A DNA stretch of 64,000 nucleotides from Candidatus Bathyarchaeia archaeon (GTDB lineage: Archaea; Thermoproteota; Bathyarchaeia; 40CM-2-53-6): contig JBEKVV010000003.1 of NCBI GenBank assembly GCA_049513715.1, positions 464,359 through 528,358 of the forward strand, read 5' to 3'. How positions within the stretch are numbered: position 1 is the stretch's first letter; every line of letters starts with the position of its first letter. Both the position numbers and the translations under genes were made by a program. Under the pieces are notes generated by a model. It did not search any database. It saw only the letters and a program-made list of their open reading frames with translations, and was not told the DNA's origin. This document shows positions 50,080 through 58,517 of the stretch, piece after piece.

Positions 50080-51801
50080 TCAATTCCTCCGTCTTGAGCC
50101 GCGTTGTGCAATCAGCCGCAGCACCACTAGTGCCAAAAATGAGGTCAGTACCAGGAAACCGACGCCAAGCGCTCGTTCGGCAGGGGTCACTTGCACCGTG
50201 CCCTTAATCCAGGCGACGAGGAGGATTGGTGCAGTTTTGAGTGTGCTTGAAACAGCGGAGGTTGCCCCGGTTTCATCGACGCTTCGAGTGAAGACCAAGA
50301 TTGCTCCAGAGAGGAGAGAGTATTTTGTGAGGGGTATGGTGATTTTTCGGAAGATTCTGAACGGCCTAGCGCCTAACGTTTTGGCCGCGTCCTCAAGCTC
50401 GGGGGCTATGCCTTGAATTGATGCAGCCATCGCGCGAACGAAGTAGCTGTAGGTTATGGTGGTGTGGGCGAGGACGAGTACCCAGAATTCTGGGAGGGCG
50501 CCGATGTTTCGCCAGAAGAAATTCAACGAGACACCAAGCGCCAAAGATGGCACTATTATCGGTAGGTCTACGAGAGTGTCCACAATCCTCGTGAGCTTCC
50601 GGTTGAATCTATTCCGGGCGATTAGGACTGCTATCGGCAAGCCTGATACAATGTTCACGACGGTTGCCAGTAAAGCCACAACGTAGGACAAGCCCATCGC
50701 GGACCAGAAGGCGCCCCATGGGCCTACTCCTGCCACCGCTTCGCTAACCGTGCCGCTGGCAACTGCTTGCGCTGCGGGTAAGGCGATGAAGAGGCATGGC
50801 ATTAAAACGAAGACCAAGAACACGGATATGCTTACCACGTTTCTGCCAGAAGCAACGTTACTTGTGCTGAGTTTCTTCTCTACAGTCGGCCAGGCTCTCA
50901 GCGGCGACAGTTTCACTCTAGGAGCGAGAATCTTGATTGCTGCAAAAACAACGAGCGATACTGCTATGAGGACTAGGCTTGCGAGTACGACAGCCGCCGT
51001 TAAGCCTGCGCCGCGTGCGTTGCTGATGAAGACGGTTCCGTTTTCGAAGGCGCCGGCGACGACTATGGTTGCGCCCGTTTCGGAGAGCGAGCGAGCCAGT
51101 GCCAGCAAGAATGCTGCCAGGAGCCCTGGCCTTAGAATTGGGAAGGTGACTGTTCGAACTGCCGTGTGGGCTGAGGCGCCTAGAGTTCGCGCGGCAACTT
51201 CGAAGGTTTCGCGGTAGTTCAGGAATTCTCCGACCATTACTCGTACGATGACGGGGTATGAGAAGGCGAAGTGAAGCAGCATAATCAGCAACGCTCCCGG
51301 TGCCACTAGCCCGCTTCCTCCGAAGATTCCCGAGATTCCGGAGGGACTGCCCCAGAACTGTAGAATCGAGAAACCTAGGGCGACGGTGGGAATGACGAAC
51401 GGGATGTCGGCGAGGCTGTCAAGTATCGGAGTCCAACTTCCATGCTTCCTCACAATCAACCAAGCCAACGGAACACCCGCAACAATATCCAAAGCAGCGA
51501 CGGTGAGGCCGATCGTGAAAGACCACACGACCGCATTCTGCATTCGCACTGTAACTGCAGGTGTCAAGGCGAGGTTCGGAATCGTGAACAGTTGAACAAC
51601 AATACCGGCAATCGCAGGCGTAATCACAATCAAAAAGAAGAAAACCAGTGCGATGGAGTAGACGGACTTTGTTACGCCCGCTCGGCCTGAGATGTTCTCT
51701 AGTTTCTTGAGTAGTTTGTCGAGTAGGGTGGTTGAGCCTCCAGTTTGGCTTGCTGTGGCCTGCAACGGCTCAATCCCAGCCTGGCATTCGGCCAAGAGCA
51801 T
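50080..51801 (-). CDS. ABC importer permease with two fused domains (FbpB/ThiP-like)
   Basis: Two EAA loops (EVAARTLGA, EDAAKTLGA), ~12 TM. Confidence 0.88.
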   Translation of the reverse strand: MLLAECQAGIEPLQATASQTGGSTTLLDKLLKKLENISGRAGVTKSVYSIALVFFFLIVITPAIAGIVVQLFTIPNLALTPAVTVRMQNAVVWSFTIGLTVAALDIVAGVPLAWLIVRKHGSWTPILDSLADIPFVIPTVALGFSILQFWGSPSGISGIFGGSGLVAPGALLIMLLHFAFSYPVIVRVMVGEFLNYRETFEVAARTLGASAHTAVRTVTFPILRPGLLAAFLLALARSLSETGATIVVAGAFENGTVFISNARGAGLTAAVVLASLVLIAVSLVVFAAIKILAPRVKLSPLRAWPTVEKKLSTSNVASGRNVVSISVFLVFVLMPCLFIALPAAQAVASGTVSEAVAGVGPWGAFWSAMGLSYVVALLATVVNIVSGLPIAVLIARNRFNRKLTRIVDTLVDLPIIVPSLALGVSLNFFWRNIGALPEFWVLVLAHTTITYSYFVRAMAASIQGIAPELEDAAKTLGARPFRIFRKITIPLTKYSLLSGAILVFTRSVDETGATSAVSSTLKTAPILLVAWIKGTVQVTPAERALGVGFLVLTSFLALVVLRLIAQRGSRRRN

Positions 51802-51829
51802 TTAAGAAGATGATGACCTCGAACTAACA

Positions 51830-52123
51830 ATGAAAAGGGGTTCTCAGATGATTACGGCGTTCGTTATGATGAACGCGGAACGAGACCGCATCGCACAAGT
51901 ACCCGACGAATTACTCAAAATCACCGGCGTCACAGAAGTCTACTCCGTAGCAGGAGACTACGACCTAGTCGCCACAGTCCGCGTCAAACAAGCCGAAGAC
52001 CTGGCGAAGGTAGTCAGGGAACAATTCGTGAAGGTTCGTGGGATAACTAGGACGATGACGCTGATTGCTTTCAGGTGCTACAGCAACTACGACCTAGAAC
52101 ACATGTTCAGCATAGGAAACTAA
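51830..52123 (+). CDS. Lrp/AsnC ligand-binding-domain-only protein; apparent integration target
   Basis: GVTEVYSVAGDYDLVA, GITRTMTLI; no HTH. Confidence 0.88.
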   Translation: MKRGSQMITAFVMMNAERDRIAQVPDELLKITGVTEVYSVAGDYDLVATVRVKQAEDLAKVVREQFVKVRGITRTMTLIAFRCYSNYDLEHMFSIGN

Positions 52124-52149
52124 TGCTAGGCCTGGCGCACAGATAACTC

Positions 52150-52282
52150 ATGGTGCGCAAGCACAAGAAGCAACGGTTCAAATTCAGTTGCCAGCACCAC
52201 TAGACCCACACACACAAAATAACGGTTCAAATTACGGTGCTCGCACCACTAGACCCACACACACATTTTTGACGGTGCTCGC
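52150..52282 (+). repeat. Island repeat family: two tandem copies (49-bp period) plus a partial third
   Basis: GGTTCAAATT-N4-TGCNNGCACCA-CTAGACCCACACACACA with cores at 52175 and 52224; ACGGTGCTCGC again at 52272. Confidence 0.9.
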
Positions 52283-52541
52283 TTCGCTCGCAGACTCGTT
52301 TTCCATGTAGCATGGGTTGGAATGGGATGCGTTATTTTGTGGAGGTAGTAAATGGTGAATCTTGAGAGCCTTTTGCGTGTTCAGTTTTGGTTTAGTGGAA
52401 AGGCTAGTGTAGTGTATTTCTCTGCCACGAAATACCCCATTATGGGTGGGGTGTTTCTACCGACGCGTGTTGAAAACTCCTGTTATGCTTTGAGTTCGAC
52501 CGCCATCTTGCCGCTATCCCATCGCATCACACAAAACCCGT

Positions 52542-54689
52542 TTAGGGTCGGAGTGTCGCGCCGCTTGACGATGTGACCAGGACCCACATGGCTTGCCCCG
52601 GTTGAAGTACGTAGGATGAGTTTGCCCTAATCCATGTGCCACTAGAAGTATCGTACAACCAAACGTTACCCACATCATAGCTGCCAGTAATGCTGGATAA
52701 GTAGACGCCAACCGTTTTGGGTTCGGTAGCGTTCGGCTGCGACTTAAACCCAACCAAATTCCAACCCGCAACCAGCGAGTAGGATGGTGGTGTCGAGCCG
52801 AATGGGATTACGGAACCATTAACGTACAACGTACCCGCAGCCCTCATGAAGACACAGTACCCGAACCCGTCCACCATCGTCGTCAAAGTGCTCGGTTTGC
52901 CGGGAATGTAGAACTTCCAGCTCAGCGGAGTTCCAGTATAACCCCACACCACACCAAGGTTACCTGATGCAGCCAAAGACCTCATCTTGTTCACAGCGGA
53001 CGAGTCCACTGGAACCACGGGCAACGAGACCAGATTCCAACCCGCAACCAGCGGCACGCTATAGGCGTAGGCGATACCCCCAACATCCATGATCACCCCG
53101 TTCATCACCTCATCCCGATCATCCGAAGGCACCCCATCAGTCAGGTTTAGGAGGGCTACTGTGCGGTTCTGGCTGACAGTGAAGTGGCTGACGGGAAGCT
53201 GACGCCAGACACCATTATGAAAAGTCCAGTACATCAACCCAGGCCCGTTAGGCAGCGGGGCAGGCAACGTCACAGTCACGTTCACAGACGCCCCCGCCGT
53301 CAAATTGCCGACCGTCATGTTGAACAAGCCAAATGGAAACGTCAAGCCAGCAGGCGAGAGAGGAGATGCACTCGCAGGACTCAACGCCGTCAAACCCACA
53401 AAGCTACCATTGTTCACCGTGAAGACCACGCTACCCATACCAGTCGCAGACACTAGATCGCCCTGAGGCTTACTCCGCTTCTCAACCCTCCACTCTTCCT
53501 TGCTACCTGCCGCGTTCGAGTCGTATCCGACCACGTAGACGCCTGAAGCATCAACAGCAACACCAGAAGCGTAGTCGCTGCTGGTGCTGATCTGCTCCGA
53601 CACGGCCCAGATGATTACCCCGGTTGCTAGGCTCCGCTTCTCAACCCTCCACTCATCGTGGTTGCCAGCAGTGTTCTCATCACCTCCGCCCACGTAAACG
53701 CCTGAACCATCAACAGCAACACCATGAGACGCATCGGACCCGCTGCTGCTGATGTGCTCTGACAGTGCCCAGATGATTACTCCGGTTGTTAGGCTCCGCT
53801 TCTCAACCCTCCACTCATAGTGGTTGCCAGCGGTGCTCGAGTCGCCTCCGACCACGTAAACGCCTGAAGCGTCAACAGCAACACCATGAGCGGTGTCATA
53901 ACTGGTGCTGATATCCTCCGACACAGCCCACATGATTACTCCGGTTGTTAGGCTCCGCTTCTCAACCCTCCACTCATAGTTGCCGGGAACTTGGTCAAAG
54001 CCGACCACGTATACGCCTGAACCATCAACAGCAACACCATAAGCGACGTCCCAACTGGTACTGATATCCTCCGACACAGCCCACATGATTACTCCGGTTG
54101 TTAGGCTCCGCTTCTCAACCCTCCACTCAGAGTTGGTGCCAGCAGTGTTCGAGTCGTATCCGACGACGTATACGCCTGAACCATCAACAGCAACACCATA
54201 AGCGTAGGAGCTGCCGGTGCTGATGTCCTCCGACACAGCCCACATGATTACTCCGGTTGTTAGGCTCCGCTTCTCAACCCTCCACTCAAACGTGTTCCCT
54301 GCACCGTTATGATCGAATCCGACTGCGTATAGGCCTGAACCATCAACAGCAACACCATAAGCCCAGTCGTTGTAGCTGCTGATATGCTCAGACACGGCCC
54401 ACATGATCGCGCCAGTGGTCAGGCTTCTCTTCTCAACCCTCCACTCATATGACCCGCTCACAGTATTGTTGTCAGCTCCGACAGCGTAGAGTCCCGAGGC
54501 GTCAACAGCAACACCATTAGCCCACTCGCTGCTGGTGCTGATATGTTCCGACACAGCCCACACTTTGCTTCCTGGTGGGGGATACGGTGTAACGGCCTTG
54601 ACGGGTTGTGGTGGATTCAAGGCGGGGAACATTATTGCTATCAGGGATAGGAGAAGTACGGAACGGATTACGGTACCCCGTCTAATCAA
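52542..54689 (-). CDS. Secreted/surface protein: 7-bladed beta-propeller, choice-of-anchor-U-like domain, two AGWNLV repeats
   Basis: Signal peptide; 7x GVAVD.SG.Y.VG...EWRVEKRS; LTDG...D.D...NGVI.D.GG; LVAGWNLV twice. Confidence 0.8.
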   Translation of the reverse strand: MIRRGTVIRSVLLLSLIAIMFPALNPPQPVKAVTPYPPPGSKVWAVSEHISTSSEWANGVAVDASGLYAVGADNNTVSGSYEWRVEKRSLTTGAIMWAVSEHISSYNDWAYGVAVDGSGLYAVGFDHNGAGNTFEWRVEKRSLTTGVIMWAVSEDISTGSSYAYGVAVDGSGVYVVGYDSNTAGTNSEWRVEKRSLTTGVIMWAVSEDISTSWDVAYGVAVDGSGVYVVGFDQVPGNYEWRVEKRSLTTGVIMWAVSEDISTSYDTAHGVAVDASGVYVVGGDSSTAGNHYEWRVEKRSLTTGVIIWALSEHISSSGSDASHGVAVDGSGVYVGGGDENTAGNHDEWRVEKRSLATGVIIWAVSEQISTSSDYASGVAVDASGVYVVGYDSNAAGSKEEWRVEKRSKPQGDLVSATGMGSVVFTVNNGSFVGLTALSPASASPLSPAGLTFPFGLFNMTVGNLTAGASVNVTVTLPAPLPNGPGLMYWTFHNGVWRQLPVSHFTVSQNRTVALLNLTDGVPSDDRDEVMNGVIMDVGGIAYAYSVPLVAGWNLVSLPVVPVDSSAVNKMRSLAASGNLGVVWGYTGTPLSWKFYIPGKPSTLTTMVDGFGYCVFMRAAGTLYVNGSVIPFGSTPPSYSLVAGWNLVGFKSQPNATEPKTVGVYLSSITGSYDVGNVWLYDTSSGTWIRANSSYVLQPGQAMWVLVTSSSGATLRP
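53470..54565 (-). repeat. Seven intragenic tandem repeats of 153-162 bp
   Basis: EWRVEKRS-coding block at 53473, 53632, 53794, 53953, 54106, 54265, 54424. Confidence 0.95.
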
Positions 54690-55196
54690 ACTTCACACCA
54701 GTTAGACGATTAACAGTCGATTACGTGGCCATGAGTAATTATCATTTTCCATGTTGATTCACAATGACTACGAAAAGTCAATACTGCACATACTCTACAG
54801 TGCATTGAATAACACAGAACAGCAATGCACTATACTCTTCCCAGTCGAGGTCCTCGAAGTTGAATCGTAGTCGCGTGTCCCATGGGCTCTTGCCCAAGAA
54901 ACCATCGCGCGTTTGCGGAAAAGAAACGCGCAGGCTAGGTACCGCGAAACTTCCTGGCAAAAAACAAACATCGCGAGGTTAGCGAGAAAACAAGAAAACA
55001 AACATCGCAACCAACGCGCAATTTTCGCAACGCTGATTGCAACAAGTCACACTTGGTTTAGGTTTTTGTGACATGCAACCACGAAAAGAAACACGGTTCT
55101 TCGCTATTGCACGGTTCACTCTGGTCACATCGAAACTGCAGCTGCAGCTTTTTTGCTATTGCTCTAATATCCTCTTTCATGTATGGGTTGAGTGAG

Positions 55197-55268
55197 GGTG
55201 CACATACACAAACCCGCCAGAATTGACGGTTCAATTGTGGATGCTCGCACCATTGGACCCACACACAA
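55197..55268 (+). repeat. Island repeat family copy
   Basis: GGTTCAATTGTGGATGCTCGCACCA-TTGGACCCACACACA, core 55228-55252. Confidence 0.85.
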
Positions 55269-55346
55269 GAAATCGAAATCAACGTCCTAGAATGAATGAC
55301 GGATCTAGACTAGAAAAATAGGTGGAGGGCCCTATGGGTCCTGCGT

Positions 55347-55802
55347 TTAGGTTACGGTTACAGTTGTATTTGCAACTGTAGTCGTGGCAGTTATGGTGGT
55401 ATTGGCTACTTCGGTGGTTAGAGTCTCTGTGATTGTTGTGTTCGTCCCTGGTTGAGTGATTGTTTCGGTGATTGTTGAGTTCGTCCCCGGTTCAGTGATC
55501 GTTTGTGTGATGTTTTGGGTCACAGTTACAGGTTGGTTTTGCGTTACGGTGGTGGTTTCGGTTACTGTGGCTGTTTTTTTGTTGTGGTTGTTCTCGTTAT
55601 TGTTGTCATCGTTGTTATTGCCGTTGTCGTCATTTGTTTCAGTTTGATTGTGACTATCAGTGTGAGTGTGACTCTTGCTGCTTGAGCTGAGTGTTGAGTG
55701 TTTGTCGGCGAGTGTCACGTTGGGCTGGAGCGCAAGAACTGAGACTGCTAGGAGCAGTAGCACGATTGCCACCTTTCGTGTTTGAATGGTGTGGGTTTTC
55801 AT
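55347..55802 (-). CDS. Secreted Thr/Asn-rich low-complexity protein (possibly truncated surface glycoprotein)
   Basis: Signal-like VAIVLLLLAVSVLA; N/D tract; TVTETTT/TITETIT repeats; NxT sequons; no C-terminal anchor. Confidence 0.7.
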   Translation of the reverse strand: MKTHTIQTRKVAIVLLLLAVSVLALQPNVTLADKHSTLSSSSKSHTHTDSHNQTETNDDNGNNNDDNNNENNHNKKTATVTETTTVTQNQPVTVTQNITQTITEPGTNSTITETITQPGTNTTITETLTTEVANTTITATTTVANTTVTVT

Positions 55803-56014
55803 TTTCTGATCCACTTTTTCCTGATTGCCTTTTGACATGGAGATAGGTATATCAGTGTTCGCTCTATGGCACATACACGTTTCAATAGAAAAAGCGGGGA
55901 GAGCCCCTGGGAGCCATGGAACACATGGACTCCAAATTACAAATAGATCTACGCGACCGCCTCCGCGTAGCGGACTCAGGGTGGACACACCTCATCGAGG
56001 GTAGATTCCACCCA

Positions 56015-56158
56015 CGCGTCAAAGAAGCCGAAGACCTAGCCAAAGTGGTCACAGACCAATTCGTGAAAGTCGAAGGGATTACTAGAACCATGACGCTAAT
56101 CGCGTTCAGATGTTACAGCAACTACGATCTAGAACACATGTTCAGCATAGGAAATTGA
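56015..56158 (+). pseudogene. Displaced 3' half of the Lrp/AsnC gene
   Basis: RVKEAEDLAKVVTDQFVKVEGITRTMTLIAFRCYSNYDLEHMFSIGN*; sequence upstream of 56015 is unrelated to the gene. Confidence 0.85.
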
Positions 56159-56253
56159 CCCCGGTTCTAACCCGAATGGGCGCAAACCCCTCCAAAACAA
56201 CACTATTCGCCCCTGTAGCGTTAACGAGTCCATTCCGTGGGTTAGACCTTGGT

Positions 56254-56289
56254 GGGTGACATCACCCGAGGGTGAGGTGACATCACCTC
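56254..56289. promoter_or_regulatory. Two palindromic GGTGA-CA-TCACC boxes 21 bp apart (operator or recombinase site candidate)
   Basis: GGTGACATCACC at 56255 and 56276. Confidence 0.5.
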
Positions 56290-56349
56290 CCTCCCTTGTT
56301 GCGAACTGCATCAAACTTCTGCAAAAAATCAGTCGAAGTGCCCGCAAGG

Positions 56350-56706
56350 TTAGAACACTCGGGTAACCGGCTTGAATGCGGGGACCGGCCGTGTCCTCGT
56401 AGCGAACATGGCCAATGCGATGCCCCAGGCACGGTCATCATGCGTCCCATCTGGGTGGCTGAATTGAATTTGACCAGCCTTGGTGAGCTGGAATCGTTCG
56501 ATGTTCAACTCGTTGGCTAACTCAAGTTGATAGGGGATCAGGAATCGTTTCTGCTGCATCATCATTTTGAGGTAGTTCATCACGTCCTGTTTGGCTGGTG
56601 CGGAGAGGACGATGCCTTCTGCGTTAGGGAGCGATTTCTTCGCTTCTTCTACGACACTCTCTCCAACGCCCGTTTGGTCGATTAGAATTCTATGAACTGT
56701 TTGCAA
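56350..56706 (-). pseudogene. Terminase large subunit C-terminal (RNase H-like nuclease) fragment
   Basis: ILIDQTGVGESVVE, K..VM..LK..MQ, HDDRAWGIALA; ATPase domain absent. Confidence 0.75.
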
Positions 56707-56774
56707 CTTCTTCGTGAGAACTCGAACTCAGCCTTCAGAAGCGTGGCTATGAAGGTTGGGATGCTTCACTGCTA

Positions 56775-58286
56775 GTGCTCCCTGTTAATTGGCGTTGCCA
56801 TAGAAATCCTATGAAGAATGATGATCGATGCGTTTTCCATTCAGACAAGAAAGATGCGGCCACTTTCGATACGGCGCTTCGAAGAGAGATCAGTAACAGT
56901 AAAATCAAATCGTTTGACTTCACAGGGGCGATCTTCCCGGAGCCGGGTGTCGATCTGACCTGCATATCGCAAAGCAAACCGATTTTGTTTACTGGAGCCG
57001 ATTTCCGAGGACAGACTTTCTTCAATGGAACAACATTCGGCGAGGTTGATTTCCGGAAAGCGACGTTCGACAATGAGGTCACATTCGAGAACGCCGTATT
57101 CAAACGCCGCTCCAAGTTTGAGGGAGCAAAGTTCACCGACGCTTCTTTCAAAGGAGCCACTTTCGAGGACGTAGCTGATTTTCAATTCGCCAAATTTGAC
57201 GTCGGAGATTTCTTTGACGCAACATTCAGCAAGAATGTGAGTTTCCAATGGTCAGAATTGCACGATGTTTCATTTGTTTCGACCAACTTCAAGGCTCAAG
57301 TTGATTTTGCCTCATGCACAATGAGTGGATGTGACTTTGACGACGCGACGATTGCTTGGCAATCATTCTTCGACAGAGCAAAGTTGAGCGATGTTTCTTT
57401 CGAGGCTACCACATTTGTTAGACCCGTGTCGTTCGATGAGTGTATTTTCTCTGGAACTTCGAAATTTACCAACACTGTCTTTCTATCACAGGCAAGTTTC
57501 CGCGACGTTCATGGGAACGCGCGAGACAGCGTTTTGTTCGCCGGTAATCCCGCCGACTTGACGGCAGAATTACTCGAAGACAGTAACGGAGAACCTCCTC
57601 TAGATGACGAATTGAGAGCAGAGCTTGACAACCAAAAGAAAATCGCTTCAATTGGCCATATCAGTCTGAGACTAGTGACCCTCAGTGGAGCAGACATCAG
57701 CACCATGCAGTTCCTCAATGTTAACTGGAATAGCAAGTCATACGGAGTTTGGCCCTTCTCTAGGACAAGAAGCGCAATATTCGATGAGATCCAACAAGAA
57801 GGAAGCCGCACATCAGCGGATTATGAATCGGTCGCGGCGACCTACAGACAGCTTCGGGGGAATTATGAAGCTGAACTAAGGTATCATGAAGCTGGCGACT
57901 TCTACGTCGGCGAAATGGAGATGCGACGGCTCCAGCTCTCTTGTCAGTCCAGATTTGGCCTTTGGCGCTGGGTACGTCGCAATATTCTCTCGATATTGGG
58001 TTGGTACAGGAATATCAGCTTCTACGGCGAGAGTTACCTGCTCTCAGGTTCATGGATCATTGGAATGATTTTGCTCTTTGCTATGGTGCATGGAGTCTCT
58101 ATGTGGAATTCGGAAGCGATCAAATGTAACTCCACTATCAACTTCCGCGATTTACTGAGCGAAAGCCTTTTTGCCTTTTTCCAACTGAAAAGCGACACCA
58201 ACTTGGACCTGGTGGAGCGTCTAATTGGGGCCTTCCTAAGCGGAATGCTATTCATTCCCCTGAAGCGTCATTTCGAGAGACGCTAG
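56775..58286 (+). CDS. Pentapeptide-repeat protein with C-terminal membrane (ion-channel-like) region
   Basis: N-terminal C...CVFH; many [AV]xFxx repeats; A..FY..EME.RR, SFYGES, two TM segments. Confidence 0.8.
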   Translation: MLPVNWRCHRNPMKNDDRCVFHSDKKDAATFDTALRREISNSKIKSFDFTGAIFPEPGVDLTCISQSKPILFTGADFRGQTFFNGTTFGEVDFRKATFDNEVTFENAVFKRRSKFEGAKFTDASFKGATFEDVADFQFAKFDVGDFFDATFSKNVSFQWSELHDVSFVSTNFKAQVDFASCTMSGCDFDDATIAWQSFFDRAKLSDVSFEATTFVRPVSFDECIFSGTSKFTNTVFLSQASFRDVHGNARDSVLFAGNPADLTAELLEDSNGEPPLDDELRAELDNQKKIASIGHISLRLVTLSGADISTMQFLNVNWNSKSYGVWPFSRTRSAIFDEIQQEGSRTSADYESVAATYRQLRGNYEAELRYHEAGDFYVGEMEMRRLQLSCQSRFGLWRWVRRNILSILGWYRNISFYGESYLLSGSWIIGMILLFAMVHGVSMWNSEAIKCNSTINFRDLLSESLFAFFQLKSDTNLDLVERLIGAFLSGMLFIPLKRHFERR

Positions 58287-58517
58287 TTGGACCTCGCCAT
58301 ATGTGCACGCATGCTATCATACCATTTGCGATACTCACCACACAAAAACTCTACGATTGTTGGAGAGGTGAAGCTATCTAACAGAAGCTCCAACCAAATG
58401 CGAGCGCGACATCCCTACCAACCGCGGAACGTGTTCGGCCCTCACTTCGATGTAGACTGACCTAGGATTGCACCCCAGAGAAAAAGACCGGCTACGGCCT
58501 ATCCCTAGGAAAGGCAT

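Larger units (their letters stand above)
51980..56158. mobile_element. Inserted segment bounded by a 144-bp duplication of the Lrp/AsnC 3' end
   Basis: 51980-52123 vs 56015-56158: 120/144 nt and 43/47 aa identical. Confidence 0.7.

Noticed and set aside
50080..50082. Selenocysteine UGA between permease and ATPase
   Set aside because: Not a redox-site position, no SECIS recognised, and a well-placed RBS explains independent initiation.
52175..52282. CRISPR mini-array
   Set aside because: Only two full units with a 49-bp period and almost no unique spacer between them; other copies are dispersed and inverted.
55803..55988. N-terminal extension of the Thr-rich ORF given in the track
   Set aside because: The signal peptide begins after ATG 55802; the extension overlaps the opposite-strand junction region.
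55916..56014. Integrase remnant or genuine N-terminus fused to the Lrp fragment
   Set aside because: LRDRLR resembles tyrosine-recombinase box II only faintly; no H-x-x-R or catalytic Tyr context. Treated as a chance open frame.
51980..56158. Diversity-generating retroelement TR/VR pair
   Set aside because: Differences are mostly synonymous third-position changes of all base types, not adenine-specific; no reverse transcriptase in the window.
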